DNA of 48,428 nt from positions 1-48,428 of IMG/VR virus record IMGVR_UViG_3300012665_000898, one strand, 5' to 3'. The DNA is from a virus. Taxonomy: Duplodnaviria; Caudoviricetes. Made by a program: the position numbers and the translations under genes. The notes beneath the pieces were generated by a model that searched no databases, was not told the DNA's origin, and worked only from the letters and a program-made list of their open reading frames with translations. Of this stretch, positions 1 to 9,800 are shown one piece after another (positions within the stretch are counted from its first letter, which is position 1; every line of letters starts with the position of its first letter).

Positions 1-147
1 GAACAAGCGTATCAAGTTATTGAGCAAGCGTTGAACGTTGCTACAACTAAAGGAGCTTTTAATCTTCAAGAAACTGCAAATATTTTAACAGCACTTACTG
101 TTGTTAAACCTTTATTAACAGAAAAAGATAAACAAGATGGAGTTTAA
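1..147 (+). CDS. 3' end of a small hypothetical protein (partial; probably tail-fibre-associated)
   Basis: Frame 1 is open from base 1 (EQAYQVIEQALNVATTKGAFNLQETANILTALTVVKPLLTEKDKQDGV) to TAA at 145-147, overlapping the next ATG at 137. Confidence 0.7.
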   Translation, partial: EQAYQVIEQALNVATTKGAFNLQETANILTALTVVKPLLTEKDKQDGV

Positions 148-463
148 TTGGATTATCTCCGCAATGGATTGTAAAATTCATGAAGGAGAAATGACAGATG
201 TAGTGCAGACTGTACATTGGAGATACAATGCAACAGATACTGTAAATGAAAAAAATTACTTTGCAGAAATGTATGGGGCAACAGGTGTTGGTGAACCAAC
301 TCCAGAGAACTTTACAGACTACAACAGTTTAACTAAAGAACAAGTAGTTGGATGGTTAGAAGCAACATTAGATGTAACATCTATGCAAGAAAATTTAACT
401 AAGCAGATTGAGTTGCAAATCAACCCAATAGATGTAACTTTACCTCCACCATTTGCTAATTAA
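137..463 (+). CDS. Small acidic phage protein, probable tail-fibre assembly/chaperone-type
   Basis: Pattern W.I...DVV..VHW.Y...F..Y..LT.EQV.GW...PP resembles small proteins commonly found next to tail-fibre genes in aquatic phages (recalled, not searched). Confidence 0.55.
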   Translation: MEFNWIISAMDCKIHEGEMTDVVQTVHWRYNATDTVNEKNYFAEMYGATGVGEPTPENFTDYNSLTKEQVVGWLEATLDVTSMQENLTKQIELQINPIDVTLPPPFAN

Positions 464-482
464 TTAAATTTGCATATCTTTA
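452..482 (+). promoter_or_regulatory. Candidate Bacteroidota housekeeping-sigma promoter
   Basis: TTTG (452-455), 19 nt spacer, TATCTTTA (475-482; 1 mismatch to TAnnTTTG). An exact TAAATTTG also lies at 465-472. Upstream of ATG 501. Confidence 0.45.
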
Positions 483-500
483 CCTCGTAAAGACAGCAAA

Positions 501-2060
501 ATGATTAATAATTTATCTAAGAAAGCCTTAGAACATGGGGGTTCTATAAACTTTTTAACAATTCCATCAGAAATAACAGAAGGATTAGGATTAACTAATC
601 CTTCTATTTTATTTAAAGACGGTAAGTACTTGTTAAATTTAAGACATGTTCAATACACACTTTACCATAGTGAAAACCAACAAAAGTTTCAAACTCCTTG
701 GGGACCGTTAGCATATCTTAATCCAGAAGATGATGTAACTTTACGCACTACTAATTACATAGGAGAATTAAATCCTGATACACTTTCTGTAGAGTCTTTT
801 AATAAAGTAGATACTTCTAAACTAGATAAAGAACCTGTTTGGGAATTTATAGGTTTAGAAGACGGCAGATTAGCATATTGGGATAATAAAGTTTTTCTTA
901 CGGGTGTACGTAGAGATACTAAGATTGATGGCGAGGGACGCATGGAGTTATCGCAAATAGTACCAAACGGAGAAGAAGTATCAAGAGATAGAATAGAACC
1001 TCCTAAACCTTCTTATTGCGAGAAAAATTGGATGCCTATTCTAGATATGCCTTTTCATTATGTAAAGTGGACGACTCCTACAGAAGTAGTAAAAGTTAAT
1101 CCAGAAAAAGGTACATCAGAAACAGTAGCCTTAGTAGAACAAACAGTTAAATTTCCAAGAGACATTCGTGGAGGTTCTCAAGTAATTACTGTTGGAGAAT
1201 ACAGAATAGCTCTTACACATGAAGTAGATTTGTGGAAAAATGAGCAAGGAAAAAAAGATGCTCATTATTATCATAGATTTATTGTTTGGGATAAAAATTG
1301 GAACATAGTTGCACACTCAGAAGAATTTAAGTTTATGACTGCAAATATTGAATTCTCTTGCGGTTTAGCTTTTGATGGCAGTGATTTTATTATTCCTTTT
1401 GGTTTCCAAGATTCTACAGCTTTTATTTTACGTCTTCCTGTACATGCATTTGAAGAATTAGTAGATGTGTACTTAGAAATAAATTATTTATCAAAGACAC
1501 ATAAAAGTCCTGAATTACTAACAGAATTTATTAATGACCCATTAGAGCCTACTAATAATTTTAATTTAGGAGAATTTTATTTTAAACAAGGGCATACAGC
1601 TTCTGCACTATCATTTTATTTAAGAGCCGCTGAATACGCCTTTCAAGAAGATTTAATTTATATGTCATTGTTGATGATAGCTAAATGTTTATCTGTACAA
1701 GGTAGAAGAGCTACCACAGAAAAAGGATTATGGTTTAATGCGTTAAGCTTTGCTCCAGAAAGACCCGAAGCTTATTTGTTTATTAGTCAATGGTTCGAGG
1801 CTAAGCAACAATACCATGAAGCATATTTTTATGCTATAGCAGGTATAAATTTAGCTAACAACGCTAGAACTATACCCGATACAGTAGATTATGAAGGAGT
1901 TTATCAATTACAATTTCAACAAGCTGTTACTGCATGGTGGATAGGAAGAGAGAGAGAATCTAAAAAAGTCTTTACAGAGCTTAACAACATTAGAGAGTCT
2001 TTACCTATTAAATACCAAGAACTAATAGATATTAATCTAACCAAATTAAAAAAAATTTAA
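501..2060 (+). CDS. Five-bladed beta-propeller glycosidase-like (GH130/GH43 clan-like) domain plus C-terminal TPR-like repeats
   Basis: Motifs NPSI, GLEDGRL, CEKNWMP, RGGSQ, IEFSCGL, FGFQD. The C-terminal third is helical and TPR-like (NFNLGEFY...ALSFYLRAAE, PERPEAY). Confidence 0.6.
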   Translation: MINNLSKKALEHGGSINFLTIPSEITEGLGLTNPSILFKDGKYLLNLRHVQYTLYHSENQQKFQTPWGPLAYLNPEDDVTLRTTNYIGELNPDTLSVESFNKVDTSKLDKEPVWEFIGLEDGRLAYWDNKVFLTGVRRDTKIDGEGRMELSQIVPNGEEVSRDRIEPPKPSYCEKNWMPILDMPFHYVKWTTPTEVVKVNPEKGTSETVALVEQTVKFPRDIRGGSQVITVGEYRIALTHEVDLWKNEQGKKDAHYYHRFIVWDKNWNIVAHSEEFKFMTANIEFSCGLAFDGSDFIIPFGFQDSTAFILRLPVHAFEELVDVYLEINYLSKTHKSPELLTEFINDPLEPTNNFNLGEFYFKQGHTASALSFYLRAAEYAFQEDLIYMSLLMIAKCLSVQGRRATTEKGLWFNALSFAPERPEAYLFISQWFEAKQQYHEAYFYAIAGINLANNARTIPDTVDYEGVYQLQFQQAVTAWWIGRERESKKVFTELNNIRESLPIKYQELIDINLTKLKKI

Positions 2061-2091
2061 GCTTGGTTCATATTATTTCATAAATAAATAG

Positions 2092-2099
2092 TAAATTTG
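2092..2099 (+). promoter_or_regulatory. Candidate Bacteroidota -7 element upstream of the lysis cassette
   Basis: Exact TAAATTTG (TAnnTTTG) in the intergenic gap, 31 nt before ATG 2131. No clear -33 element. Confidence 0.4.
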
Positions 2100-2130
2100 T
2101 TTTTGTCTAATAAACAGACGATTGTAAATT

Positions 2131-2562
2131 ATGAAATATTTAGTTATATTTTTTTTAATATTAGTTAGCTGTAGTCCCGTAAAAAGGTTTCACCGCCTTA
2201 TAGAACGGAATCCAGAGTTAATTACAACAGACTCTATCACGTTAGTTGATACTGTTCAGATTGTTATTCCTAAAGTTGAGGTAGATACAGTAGTCAAAGT
2301 AGAAAATCTTCTTGACACTATTACTATTCAGAAAGAGCAGTTGACAGTTAAAGTATGGATGAAGGGTGACGAAGTGTTTATTGAAGGAGAATGTGACACA
2401 GTTATCGTAGACAGAATTATTACACGTAGAATACCAGTACGTTATTACGAAAAGAAAAAGGGGTTTTTATTAGAATTTTTTACAAGAGGAGTTGGCCTAA
2501 CGGTCTTACTCCTTTTTTTAGTTTACTTATTTTATAAATACTTCCTAAACAAAAGAAAATGA
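2131..2562 (+). CDS. Putative unimolecular spanin (lipoprotein with C-terminal TM helix)
   Basis: N-terminal lipoprotein signal MKYLVIFFLILVS-C, beta-rich middle, C-terminal hydrophobic helix GVGLTVLLLFLVYLFY followed by a basic tail; first gene of the lysis cluster. Confidence 0.6.
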   Translation: MKYLVIFFLILVSCSPVKRFHRLIERNPELITTDSITLVDTVQIVIPKVEVDTVVKVENLLDTITIQKEQLTVKVWMKGDEVFIEGECDTVIVDRIITRRIPVRYYEKKKGFLLEFFTRGVGLTVLLLFLVYLFYKYFLNKRK

Positions 2563-2819
2563 ATGAGGTTTTTCAATATGGTTTATCCACAGCTGTAGTA
2601 ATTATTGGCTATTTTTTAAGAATAGTTCACAATGATGTTAGAAAAGCGGTAGAAGATACTGGCAAATTAAAAGGGAAAATAGAACTTGTTGAGCAAGAAA
2701 ATAGATTGAAGTACCAGCAAATACTTGAAACTACTCAATTAGAAATAAGAAACCTTACAAAAAATATAGGAGATTTAACAGAGGTTGTAAAAGAAATAAT
2801 GATTAAAATCAATAAGTAA
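2559..2819 (+). CDS. Small membrane protein (N-terminal TM plus coiled coil), lysis-cassette associated
   Basis: TM YGLSTAVVIIGYFL then a heptad-rich helix; overlapping start/stop with neighbours. Confidence 0.6.
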   Translation: MNEVFQYGLSTAVVIIGYFLRIVHNDVRKAVEDTGKLKGKIELVEQENRLKYQQILETTQLEIRNLTKNIGDLTEVVKEIMIKINK

Positions 2820-3187
2820 TGAAAAGAGGAATATCTAGATTTAGAGAAATATTTCTATACTCTGATTCAGAACCTAATGAAGTATTGATAGGTATGTTGC
2901 ACGCATTCATACTTCCATTTGCTATGCTAGAAATAGGTACACCTTTTTTATTATTACAGATAGGAGCCTCTTTAGTTGGTTTCTTTCAATTGTATGCTGT
3001 GTTATTTAACGGTAAATTAAAGATGCGTAAGTATGCAGTACAAGCAGCATGTTTAGTTGCTATCGCTACTGTTATCAACTACTGTATGGTAGATATGATG
3101 AAAGGTAGCCACTTTGGATGGGTACTTATTCTAGTATTTACTTTTTGGAATTTAATCCGAGTAACTAGAGAGGAGTTAGTTAAGTAA
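2819..3187 (+). CDS. Multi-pass membrane protein (3-4 TM), holin/antiholin candidate
   Basis: Several hydrophobic segments of ~20 aa, located in the lysis cluster. Confidence 0.55.
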   Translation: MKRGISRFREIFLYSDSEPNEVLIGMLHAFILPFAMLEIGTPFLLLQIGASLVGFFQLYAVLFNGKLKMRKYAVQAACLVAIATVINYCMVDMMKGSHFGWVLILVFTFWNLIRVTREELVK

Positions 3188-3492
3188 TGACTGACTACAC
3201 TACTATAGTAATAACTACCGTAACCGTTCTTGGTTCAGCGGGTGCTTGGAACTATTATCAAAATAGATTGAAGCTGAAGTACGAAACAAAGAAAGAAGAT
3301 AAAAGTGATCAAAATTTATATCGTGACGATTTGAGAGAAAGAGTTGCAATACTTGAAAACAAGTTAGACGAAGAAAGAAATGCTAAGTTAAAAACAACTG
3401 AAGAAGTAATAGAGCTAAGAACAAAATTAACAGAGTATAAAGTAAGACTTGAATTTTTAGAAAAGGAAAACGAACGATTAAAATTTAAGTGA
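3187..3492 (+). CDS. Small membrane protein (N-terminal TM plus coiled coil)
   Basis: TTIVITTVTVLGSAGAW then a charged coiled coil. Confidence 0.55.
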   Translation: MTDYTTIVITTVTVLGSAGAWNYYQNRLKLKYETKKEDKSDQNLYRDDLRERVAILENKLDEERNAKLKTTEEVIELRTKLTEYKVRLEFLEKENERLKFK

Positions 3493-3731
3493 TGAAAAGA
3501 TTTTTTAGAGAATTAATAAGTGACGATAATAATATAAACGAACAGTCATTTGTTGGTGTCGTATCATTCTTTGCTATGCTTGCAGTACTATTGGTAGACG
3601 TTGTCACAGGAGCATACGGAAAAGAATTAGTAATTAAGGAATTCATTTATGATGGATTTTTAATCCTTACTATCTCTACTTTCGGTATTAAAGTAGCAGG
3701 AAACATAATCAACAAAAAAGACAAAAAATGA
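3489..3731 (+). CDS. Putative holin (2 TM)
   Basis: Two TM segments and a highly basic C-terminus (NKKDKK), directly upstream of the endolysin. Start is GTG 3489 or ATG 3492. Confidence 0.55.
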   Translation: MMKRFFRELISDDNNINEQSFVGVVSFFAMLAVLLVDVVTGAYGKELVIKEFIYDGFLILTISTFGIKVAGNIINKKDKK

Positions 3732-4342
3732 GTTTAGTAGATTTACAAAAGAAAATCGGAACAACTGCTGACGGAGCATTTGGTCCAGGTACATTAAAGA
3801 AAGCAATGGAGTTTTTTAAAATGACTCCAGAACGTGCTGCACATTTCTTTGCTCAAGTAGGACATGAAACAGGAGAGTTTAAATTGTTTAAAGAAAACTT
3901 AAATTATTCTGCAGACGGTTTACGTAAAATTTTCCCTAAGTATTTCCCAACAACTATTTTAGCAAACTCTTACGCACGTAATCCAGAGAAGATTGCTAAT
4001 AGAGCTTACGCTAATAGAATGGGTAATGGTGATGAGTTATCAGGTGACGGATACAAGTTCCGTGGACGTGGTGCATTACAAACTACAGGTAAATCTAATT
4101 ACTTAGCATTTTCTACACATATTAAGAATCCTGCAGTAATGACTAATCCTGACATCGTAGCTACAGAATATGCATTCGAAGCTGCTATGTTTTTCTTTGA
4201 TAAAAATAAACTTTGGTCAATTTGTGATAGAGGTGTAACAGATGAGGCAATTCTTTCATTGACTAAACGTATTAATGGTGGAACTAACGGCTTAGCACAT
4301 CGTGTAGAGCTTACTAAAAAATATTACGGATGGCTAAAATAA
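3728..4342 (+). CDS. Endolysin, GH19 (chitinase/lysozyme-like) with short N-terminal peptidoglycan-binding segment
   Basis: AHFFAQVGHETG, ENLNYS, YANRMGNG, GDGYKFRGRGALQTTGKSNY, TKRINGGTNGL; N-terminal LQKKIG..ADGAFGPGT. Confidence 0.92.
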   Translation: MSLVDLQKKIGTTADGAFGPGTLKKAMEFFKMTPERAAHFFAQVGHETGEFKLFKENLNYSADGLRKIFPKYFPTTILANSYARNPEKIANRAYANRMGNGDELSGDGYKFRGRGALQTTGKSNYLAFSTHIKNPAVMTNPDIVATEYAFEAAMFFFDKNKLWSICDRGVTDEAILSLTKRINGGTNGLAHRVELTKKYYGWLK

Positions 4343-4467
4343 AAGAAAACAACGGAACAAAAGTTACCGTTAAAGTAAGTAGACCAGGTGTCCACAGTAA
4401 AACAAAAACCTCGAAAAGCAAAACCTCTAAGAATTACAAAAAGAGTTACGCTGGACAAGGTAGATAA
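4330..4467 (+). CDS. 45-aa highly basic protein ending YAGQGR (not in supplied ORF track)
   Basis: ATG 4330 to TAA 4467: MAKIKENNGTKVTVKVSRPGVHSKTKTSKSKTSKNYKKSYAGQGR. Overlaps the endolysin stop and fills the apparent gap. Confidence 0.8.
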   Translation: MAKIKENNGTKVTVKVSRPGVHSKTKTSKSKTSKNYKKSYAGQGR

Positions 4468-4483
4468 TATTAAAAATTAATTG

Positions 4484-4491
4484 TACATTTG
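4484..4491 (+). promoter_or_regulatory. Candidate Bacteroidota -7 element for the tail operon
   Basis: Exact TACATTTG 5 nt upstream of ATG 4497 (would give a near-leaderless mRNA). Confidence 0.45.
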
Positions 4492-4496
4492 CTATT

Positions 4497-5201
4497 ATGT
4501 TATCGTTACAAGACCTACATGCACAGATTGATGAATTACTAGCGATTAACTCGGTAGAATCATCTTTTTCTTATGAGCTCTATACAGACCTCATCAATGA
4601 ACAACGTGCTTTATTTATTAGAAACGAATATAATAAGAATCGTACAGTCGACCCTTATGTTATTCAGGACTTAAATTGTATAGAGTTAGAATTAGTTGAC
4701 CCTATCCAATGCTGTGTTTCTATTCCTACTGGTTGCAAACTATTAAGAACAAAGAAACAGATTCCAAATACTATTGAGTATTATTTTACAAAAGGAATTG
4801 TTTCTGTAGGATCTGCTGATATAACTAAGCCAAGATTTTTAATGATTGACTACTCAAGAGTACCTTACGTAGGACACGGTAGAACAACTCAAAAAACTAT
4901 TTATGCTTTCTTATACGATAAGTATTTATATGTTTTCAGTAAAGATTCTACACATTTACTAATGACTAACATTACTGTTAGAGGAGTATTTGAAAATCCT
5001 ACGGAATTAGGAAACTTTATTAATTGTCAAGGACAAAGTTGTTGGACACCTGCTTCTCCATATCCACTTAATCAATGGATGTGGGCATACATGAAGCAAA
5101 TGATATTACAACAACTAATGCAAAAAATGCAACAGTTTCCTTTGGATGATGCAAATAGTGCAGAGGATAATAAAACAGAAAACGTAAGTGGAGGAAAATA
5201 A
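4497..5201 (+). CDS. crAss-like tail ring/tubular protein
   Basis: Size, position before the IHF-like and muzzle genes, and motifs Q.L.C.ELELVD, LRTKKQIP, Y...YLY, VRGVFENP, YPL. Confidence 0.7.
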   Translation: MLSLQDLHAQIDELLAINSVESSFSYELYTDLINEQRALFIRNEYNKNRTVDPYVIQDLNCIELELVDPIQCCVSIPTGCKLLRTKKQIPNTIEYYFTKGIVSVGSADITKPRFLMIDYSRVPYVGHGRTTQKTIYAFLYDKYLYVFSKDSTHLLMTNITVRGVFENPTELGNFINCQGQSCWTPASPYPLNQWMWAYMKQMILQQLMQKMQQFPLDDANSAEDNKTENVSGGK

Positions 5202-5733
5202 GGATTACTTAAAAAGGGGTAAAGGTAAACTTACAGGAGAGGTAAAACGATACCACTTCTTTTTACATTACAAAAACAACTGCAAAGAAAAGCAAGTCTC
5301 TGAAAAAACTTACAGAGCTTTTTTAAAAGATTTGCTTTCTACATACAGTACAGAAATAGTTACTACAGGTTTAGAATTAAAACTAGTAGGATTAGGAAGG
5401 ATTAGAGTAAGAACTAATCCTTTACATTATTTTGACAAAGAAGGTAAACGGTCAAAAGGGTTAAGACCTAATTGGCAAGCTACTTGGGAATTTTGGGAAA
5501 AGAAATATCCAGGATTAACAAGACAGCAAATTACCGAGATTGATAATAAAACAGTAATCTTCCACGAGAACGAGCATTCTCAACAGGAATTTTACGAGCA
5601 CTTTTGGGATAAGATAACTAGTCAGATGAAATTTAAGACTTTTTACAAGTTTAAACCTGCTAGACAGTATTCCAGATTAATTGCTCAAGTAGTAAAGGAT
5701 AAAGACAGAAAAGTATTTTATTATGGACAATGA
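5188..5733 (+). CDS. crAss-like IHF/HU-like DNA-binding protein
   Basis: Basic protein with a helix (YRAFLKDLL..YSTEI) followed by ELKLVGLGRIRVR and FKPAR; conserved crAss position within the tail block. Confidence 0.6.
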   Translation: MEENKDYLKRGKGKLTGEVKRYHFFLHYKNNCKEKQVSEKTYRAFLKDLLSTYSTEIVTTGLELKLVGLGRIRVRTNPLHYFDKEGKRSKGLRPNWQATWEFWEKKYPGLTRQQITEIDNKTVIFHENEHSQQEFYEHFWDKITSQMKFKTFYKFKPARQYSRLIAQVVKDKDRKVFYYGQ

Positions 5734-5998
5734 ATTAAAAATGAACGAGGAGTCTTCAACAGGAGTAGAATCAACAGTTCGAATTACTCGTAAAGAGTTT
5801 GAGGACGGAGGCTACGAAGAAACTCGTGTAGAGCAAGTAGACGGAGGTTTTATTAAAACTTTCTGTACTCGTAAAAAAGTTAATGGGGAGTGGGTTTACA
5901 AAGATGAAAAATCTGTAAGCGTAGAAGACCCAATGAAAGACAATTCTACAGAAGGAATTGCAAATAGATTAGAATCAATTCTTAAAAACTTAGAATAA
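5723..5998 (+). CDS. Hypothetical protein
   Basis: 91-aa ORF coupled to both neighbours. Confidence 0.7.
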   Translation: MDNELKMNEESSTGVESTVRITRKEFEDGGYEETRVEQVDGGFIKTFCTRKKVNGEWVYKDEKSVSVEDPMKDNSTEGIANRLESILKNLE

Positions 5999-6831
5999 TG
6001 TATTCAGGAAAAACCGTTTCATATAAAACCATTATAGATAAAGCTATTAGAGATTTTGGCTTTAACTATGACATCAGCGAGGAAGAGGGTGTTGAATGGT
6101 TAGCAGAGTTTATGGCCCATACTAACGTAGGTGTTACTATGGAAAATAAAATTGCATATTTGCATGTATGTGACGGTAGATCCGATTTACCTTTTGACTT
6201 ACATAAAATTGTGCAAACAGTAGTAATCGAAGGTATTGAATCATTAGAAGAAGCAGAATGTGGCAGAGGAAGAATGGCACCAATGCGTTGGGCTACTGAC
6301 CACTTTCACGGAAGATACCATAAAGACGACAGAGACTACACTTCAGAATCTAGAGAGACTTATACAGTGGGGCAAGGATATATTTTTACCTCTTTTTCTG
6401 AAGGATTTTTAGCAATGGCTTACGAAGCTATTCCCACAGATGATTGTGGATACCCTACAATTCCTGCAGAACAACAATGGTTGGAAGCAGCAGCTCATTT
6501 TGTAGCTCACAGAATTGCACGTAGATTGTGGGTACGTAACGAAATTAGTTCTGACAAATATCAAATTATCGAAAGAGATAAAGAATGGTATTTTGCTCAA
6601 GCAGTTAACCACAGTAAACAATGGCATAATGTAGATGAAGCAGAAAGTGTTAAGAACTCAGTTTTAAGAACTATTCCTGACGTACAAGCACATGCATCAT
6701 TCTTTGCTAATATGCAACTTCCTGAGCAACGTAAGTTCCGTCCTAAAGCAGGTACAGGTTTAATCTCAACATTAAACACTACTGCTTCTATGACAGCTAA
6801 TCCAAATTCTAGTACATCAACAAATCCTTAA
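5998..6831 (+). CDS. crAss-like tail ring/tubular protein (P22 gp4-like class)
   Basis: Motifs LP.DL, Y......IFTSF.EG...Y.AIPTD..GYP.IP; immediately upstream of the muzzle gene. Confidence 0.7.
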   Translation: MYSGKTVSYKTIIDKAIRDFGFNYDISEEEGVEWLAEFMAHTNVGVTMENKIAYLHVCDGRSDLPFDLHKIVQTVVIEGIESLEEAECGRGRMAPMRWATDHFHGRYHKDDRDYTSESRETYTVGQGYIFTSFSEGFLAMAYEAIPTDDCGYPTIPAEQQWLEAAAHFVAHRIARRLWVRNEISSDKYQIIERDKEWYFAQAVNHSKQWHNVDEAESVKNSVLRTIPDVQAHASFFANMQLPEQRKFRPKAGTGLISTLNTTASMTANPNSSTSTNP

Positions 6832-6833
6832 TC

Positions 6834-9800
6834 ATGGAAGGACAAGTAAATGCATACCAAGGCTTAAATAAAGATATGGGATACGATGCTATCCCTAACA
6901 ATCTTTATATTGATGCTGTAGATATTCGTATTACTACGGATAAAGGAGAGTCTATGGGCTCTTTTACAAACTTAAAAGGTAATGAACAATCATTTACTAT
7001 TCCTCAAACAGGTGCACAAGGTGTTGCAGAGATTATAGGATTTGCTACTATTAGAAATAAAATAGTTGTTTTTGTAGCAGATGATTCAGGAAATAACGGT
7101 TGGATATATTTAGTAATGTACGACCCAGGAACAAGAATTATTCTTTCTGGTTATCCACAATTATTAAAGTTTGATGCTAACTTTAATTTTAAAAAGAGTT
7201 GGCCAATAAAAGGATTAGGTCGTTACGAAAATGATAGAGTTCAAAAAGTTTACTGGCTAGATTATAATAACTACTTTAGAAGTATTAACATTGTAGACCC
7301 TAACTTATCAACTACAAGTTTAGGATTAATTGATGTTTATCCTGACATTACTTACACGCAACCATTACTAAAAGCGGTAAACGGTGGAGGAGCAATGTTA
7401 GCAGGTAGTTACCAAGCAGCATTTAGATTAATTACATCGGATGGTAAACAAACTTTAGTTTCTCCTCCAAGTAATGTTTTCCATATTGTACAAGATTCTG
7501 AATCTTCTATTCAATCTGCAATGTATAATGGAGATATTCTTGATACTGTAAATACTGGCAAGTCTATTACTATTACTATTGACACATCTTTATATTCAGG
7601 TTACGAGAATATAGAACTTATTATTATTCGTCATACAACAGATGTAGGATTACCTATTATCACTAGTGCAGAAATTAAAGCTATTGGAGGAAATACTTCA
7701 ATCGACTTTACTTACACAGGTATAGAAATTACAGAATACATTCTAGAAAACTTAGATTACATTAGAAAAAACTTTGCATTTAAAACTGCTAAAACTTTAG
7801 CACAAAAAGACAGCTCAGTAGTTCTTTCTAATATAAAAGAATCTTCTTTAAGTATTCAGGATTTATTAGAACCTGGAGAAACTTTTGATGCTAAAACATA
7901 CCGTTACAGAAACTTTGACGGGCTTATTGAAGCAAATGCTACTCCATATAACTTGGAGTACAATAAAGATGCTCAATGGGACCCAAGTTGGCACGAATCT
8001 GACCAATGGAAATATAAAGCAGATGGTTTAACTTTAGGAGGGCAAGGTGTAAATATTTCTTACGGATTTCACCTAGAACCTTTTACATTAGATGGCTCAA
8101 CAGGTCCAGGAACAGCAAACGTAGCAAATATTCCAGATGCTACTCACAACCTTTCTGACGGTTACAGTTATCAATATAATAGCACTTTTCCTAATGCAGC
8201 TTCTCCGTTTATAACAGGATTACTTCGTGGATATAAACGTGGAGAGGTTTACCGTTTTGGTATTATATTTTATACTAAAAAAGGAGAAGCTACTTTTGTC
8301 GAATATATTGGTGATATTAAGTTTCCAGATATTTCTGAAAAAGATAAAAACGATAATTTATCAGGAAGTAAATATTTTCCAATAAGTAAACAAACAGGTT
8401 CTGTTACGACAGGATATGCTTTAGGAATTAGTTTTAGAATTAGTTTTGCTTCTTGTCCATCTATTGCTAATCAAATAGAAAGTTTTCAAATAGTAAGAGT
8501 TAAGCGAGAAGAAAAAGATAAGAAACGTCCTACACAAGGAACTGTAAAAGGTTTTTATATTGGATCAATTGGTGATAAAGAACATGACTTTGATTTACAA
8601 TACAACGGTAGTGAGGATGTTATGCACTTATTTCCTTATGCGGCTTCAGGAGTTCAGAATGGAGCAATGTCTACATTAGTAGAACAGTCTGTACAAGGAG
8701 GAGCTATCTTTGGAGACCACTTAGGATTTTACTCACCAGAAATATCTTTTGATAAAAATAACGTAAGAACTATTGCAGGAAACATTTCTAATTCTCCTTT
8801 CTTACTTATCACAGGAGCTTACAATACTTACGCTCCTACAGATTACGCAGGTCCTATTGATTTAACTAGTGAAAATTTACCTGTTAACTGTTATGATAAA
8901 AGAAGTACTTCTCGTACAGTTATTCCTGTATTAAGAGGTCACGAAAACTGTAAGAAAATGAAGCAAAATCAAATTATGGTTATGGGCCATGATTCTGATT
9001 ATACAACTAAAGTTACTCCTCAACTTTTTGCTGGAGTAAGCGGTAGTTATTATTTACGTAATTACTACGCAATAGCTTCTAATAATTCAGGAGCAAACTT
9101 AAACGATCCTAAAGGAGGAGAATTTTGGAGAGCAGGTACTAGTGCATTAACAGTTATTGATTATGCTACTAATGACCCTATAACAGGAACTGCTATAGAT
9201 TATTCTTTCACAGGAACTCCTTCACATAATTTTCCTACTACATCAGATGTTCGTCCAATAGACCCTGCAACAGGTTTACCAGATGACGCTAAAGTAAGTA
9301 CTAGTGCTGCCGTTGTAGATTTAATACTTCCTAAGAGTGAAATTTATGGAGGATACACCTCAGATGCTTTAGTTAATAATGTATTTATTCCTGCTTCACC
9401 TGTATTAGATATTACTACTACAAGTCCTACAGTTTATGGAGGAGATACTTTTATTAGCATGTATCTATTGCAAGCAGGTATGTTAGATTTTAATGGAGAC
9501 CTTTATGATTCAGGTTTTTCTCCTAATGGTTATACTGCAGCTATTTCTAAAACAGATGCTTATCCTGTAGAAACTTCTATTAATTTAGATTTAGCTTATG
9601 GCTCTACAACTAAAACAGGAGTTACTTATTTATTAGGAGGAGAAAATAGAGAAATACTAAGACAAGAAACTAATAACTATTCAACAGTTAATGGTAAGAC
9701 ATTAATAATGTATGACTACAACATGCGTTATTCCGTTGAAAATAAAGACCTTACATTCTTTGTTAAACCTGCAAATGTTTATTCAGGATTAACTAACGAT

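Noticed and set aside
4343-4496. tRNA or ncRNA in the apparent gap after the endolysin
   Set aside because: The gap is explained by the 45-aa ORF. No cloverleaf was seen here or in the other short gaps.
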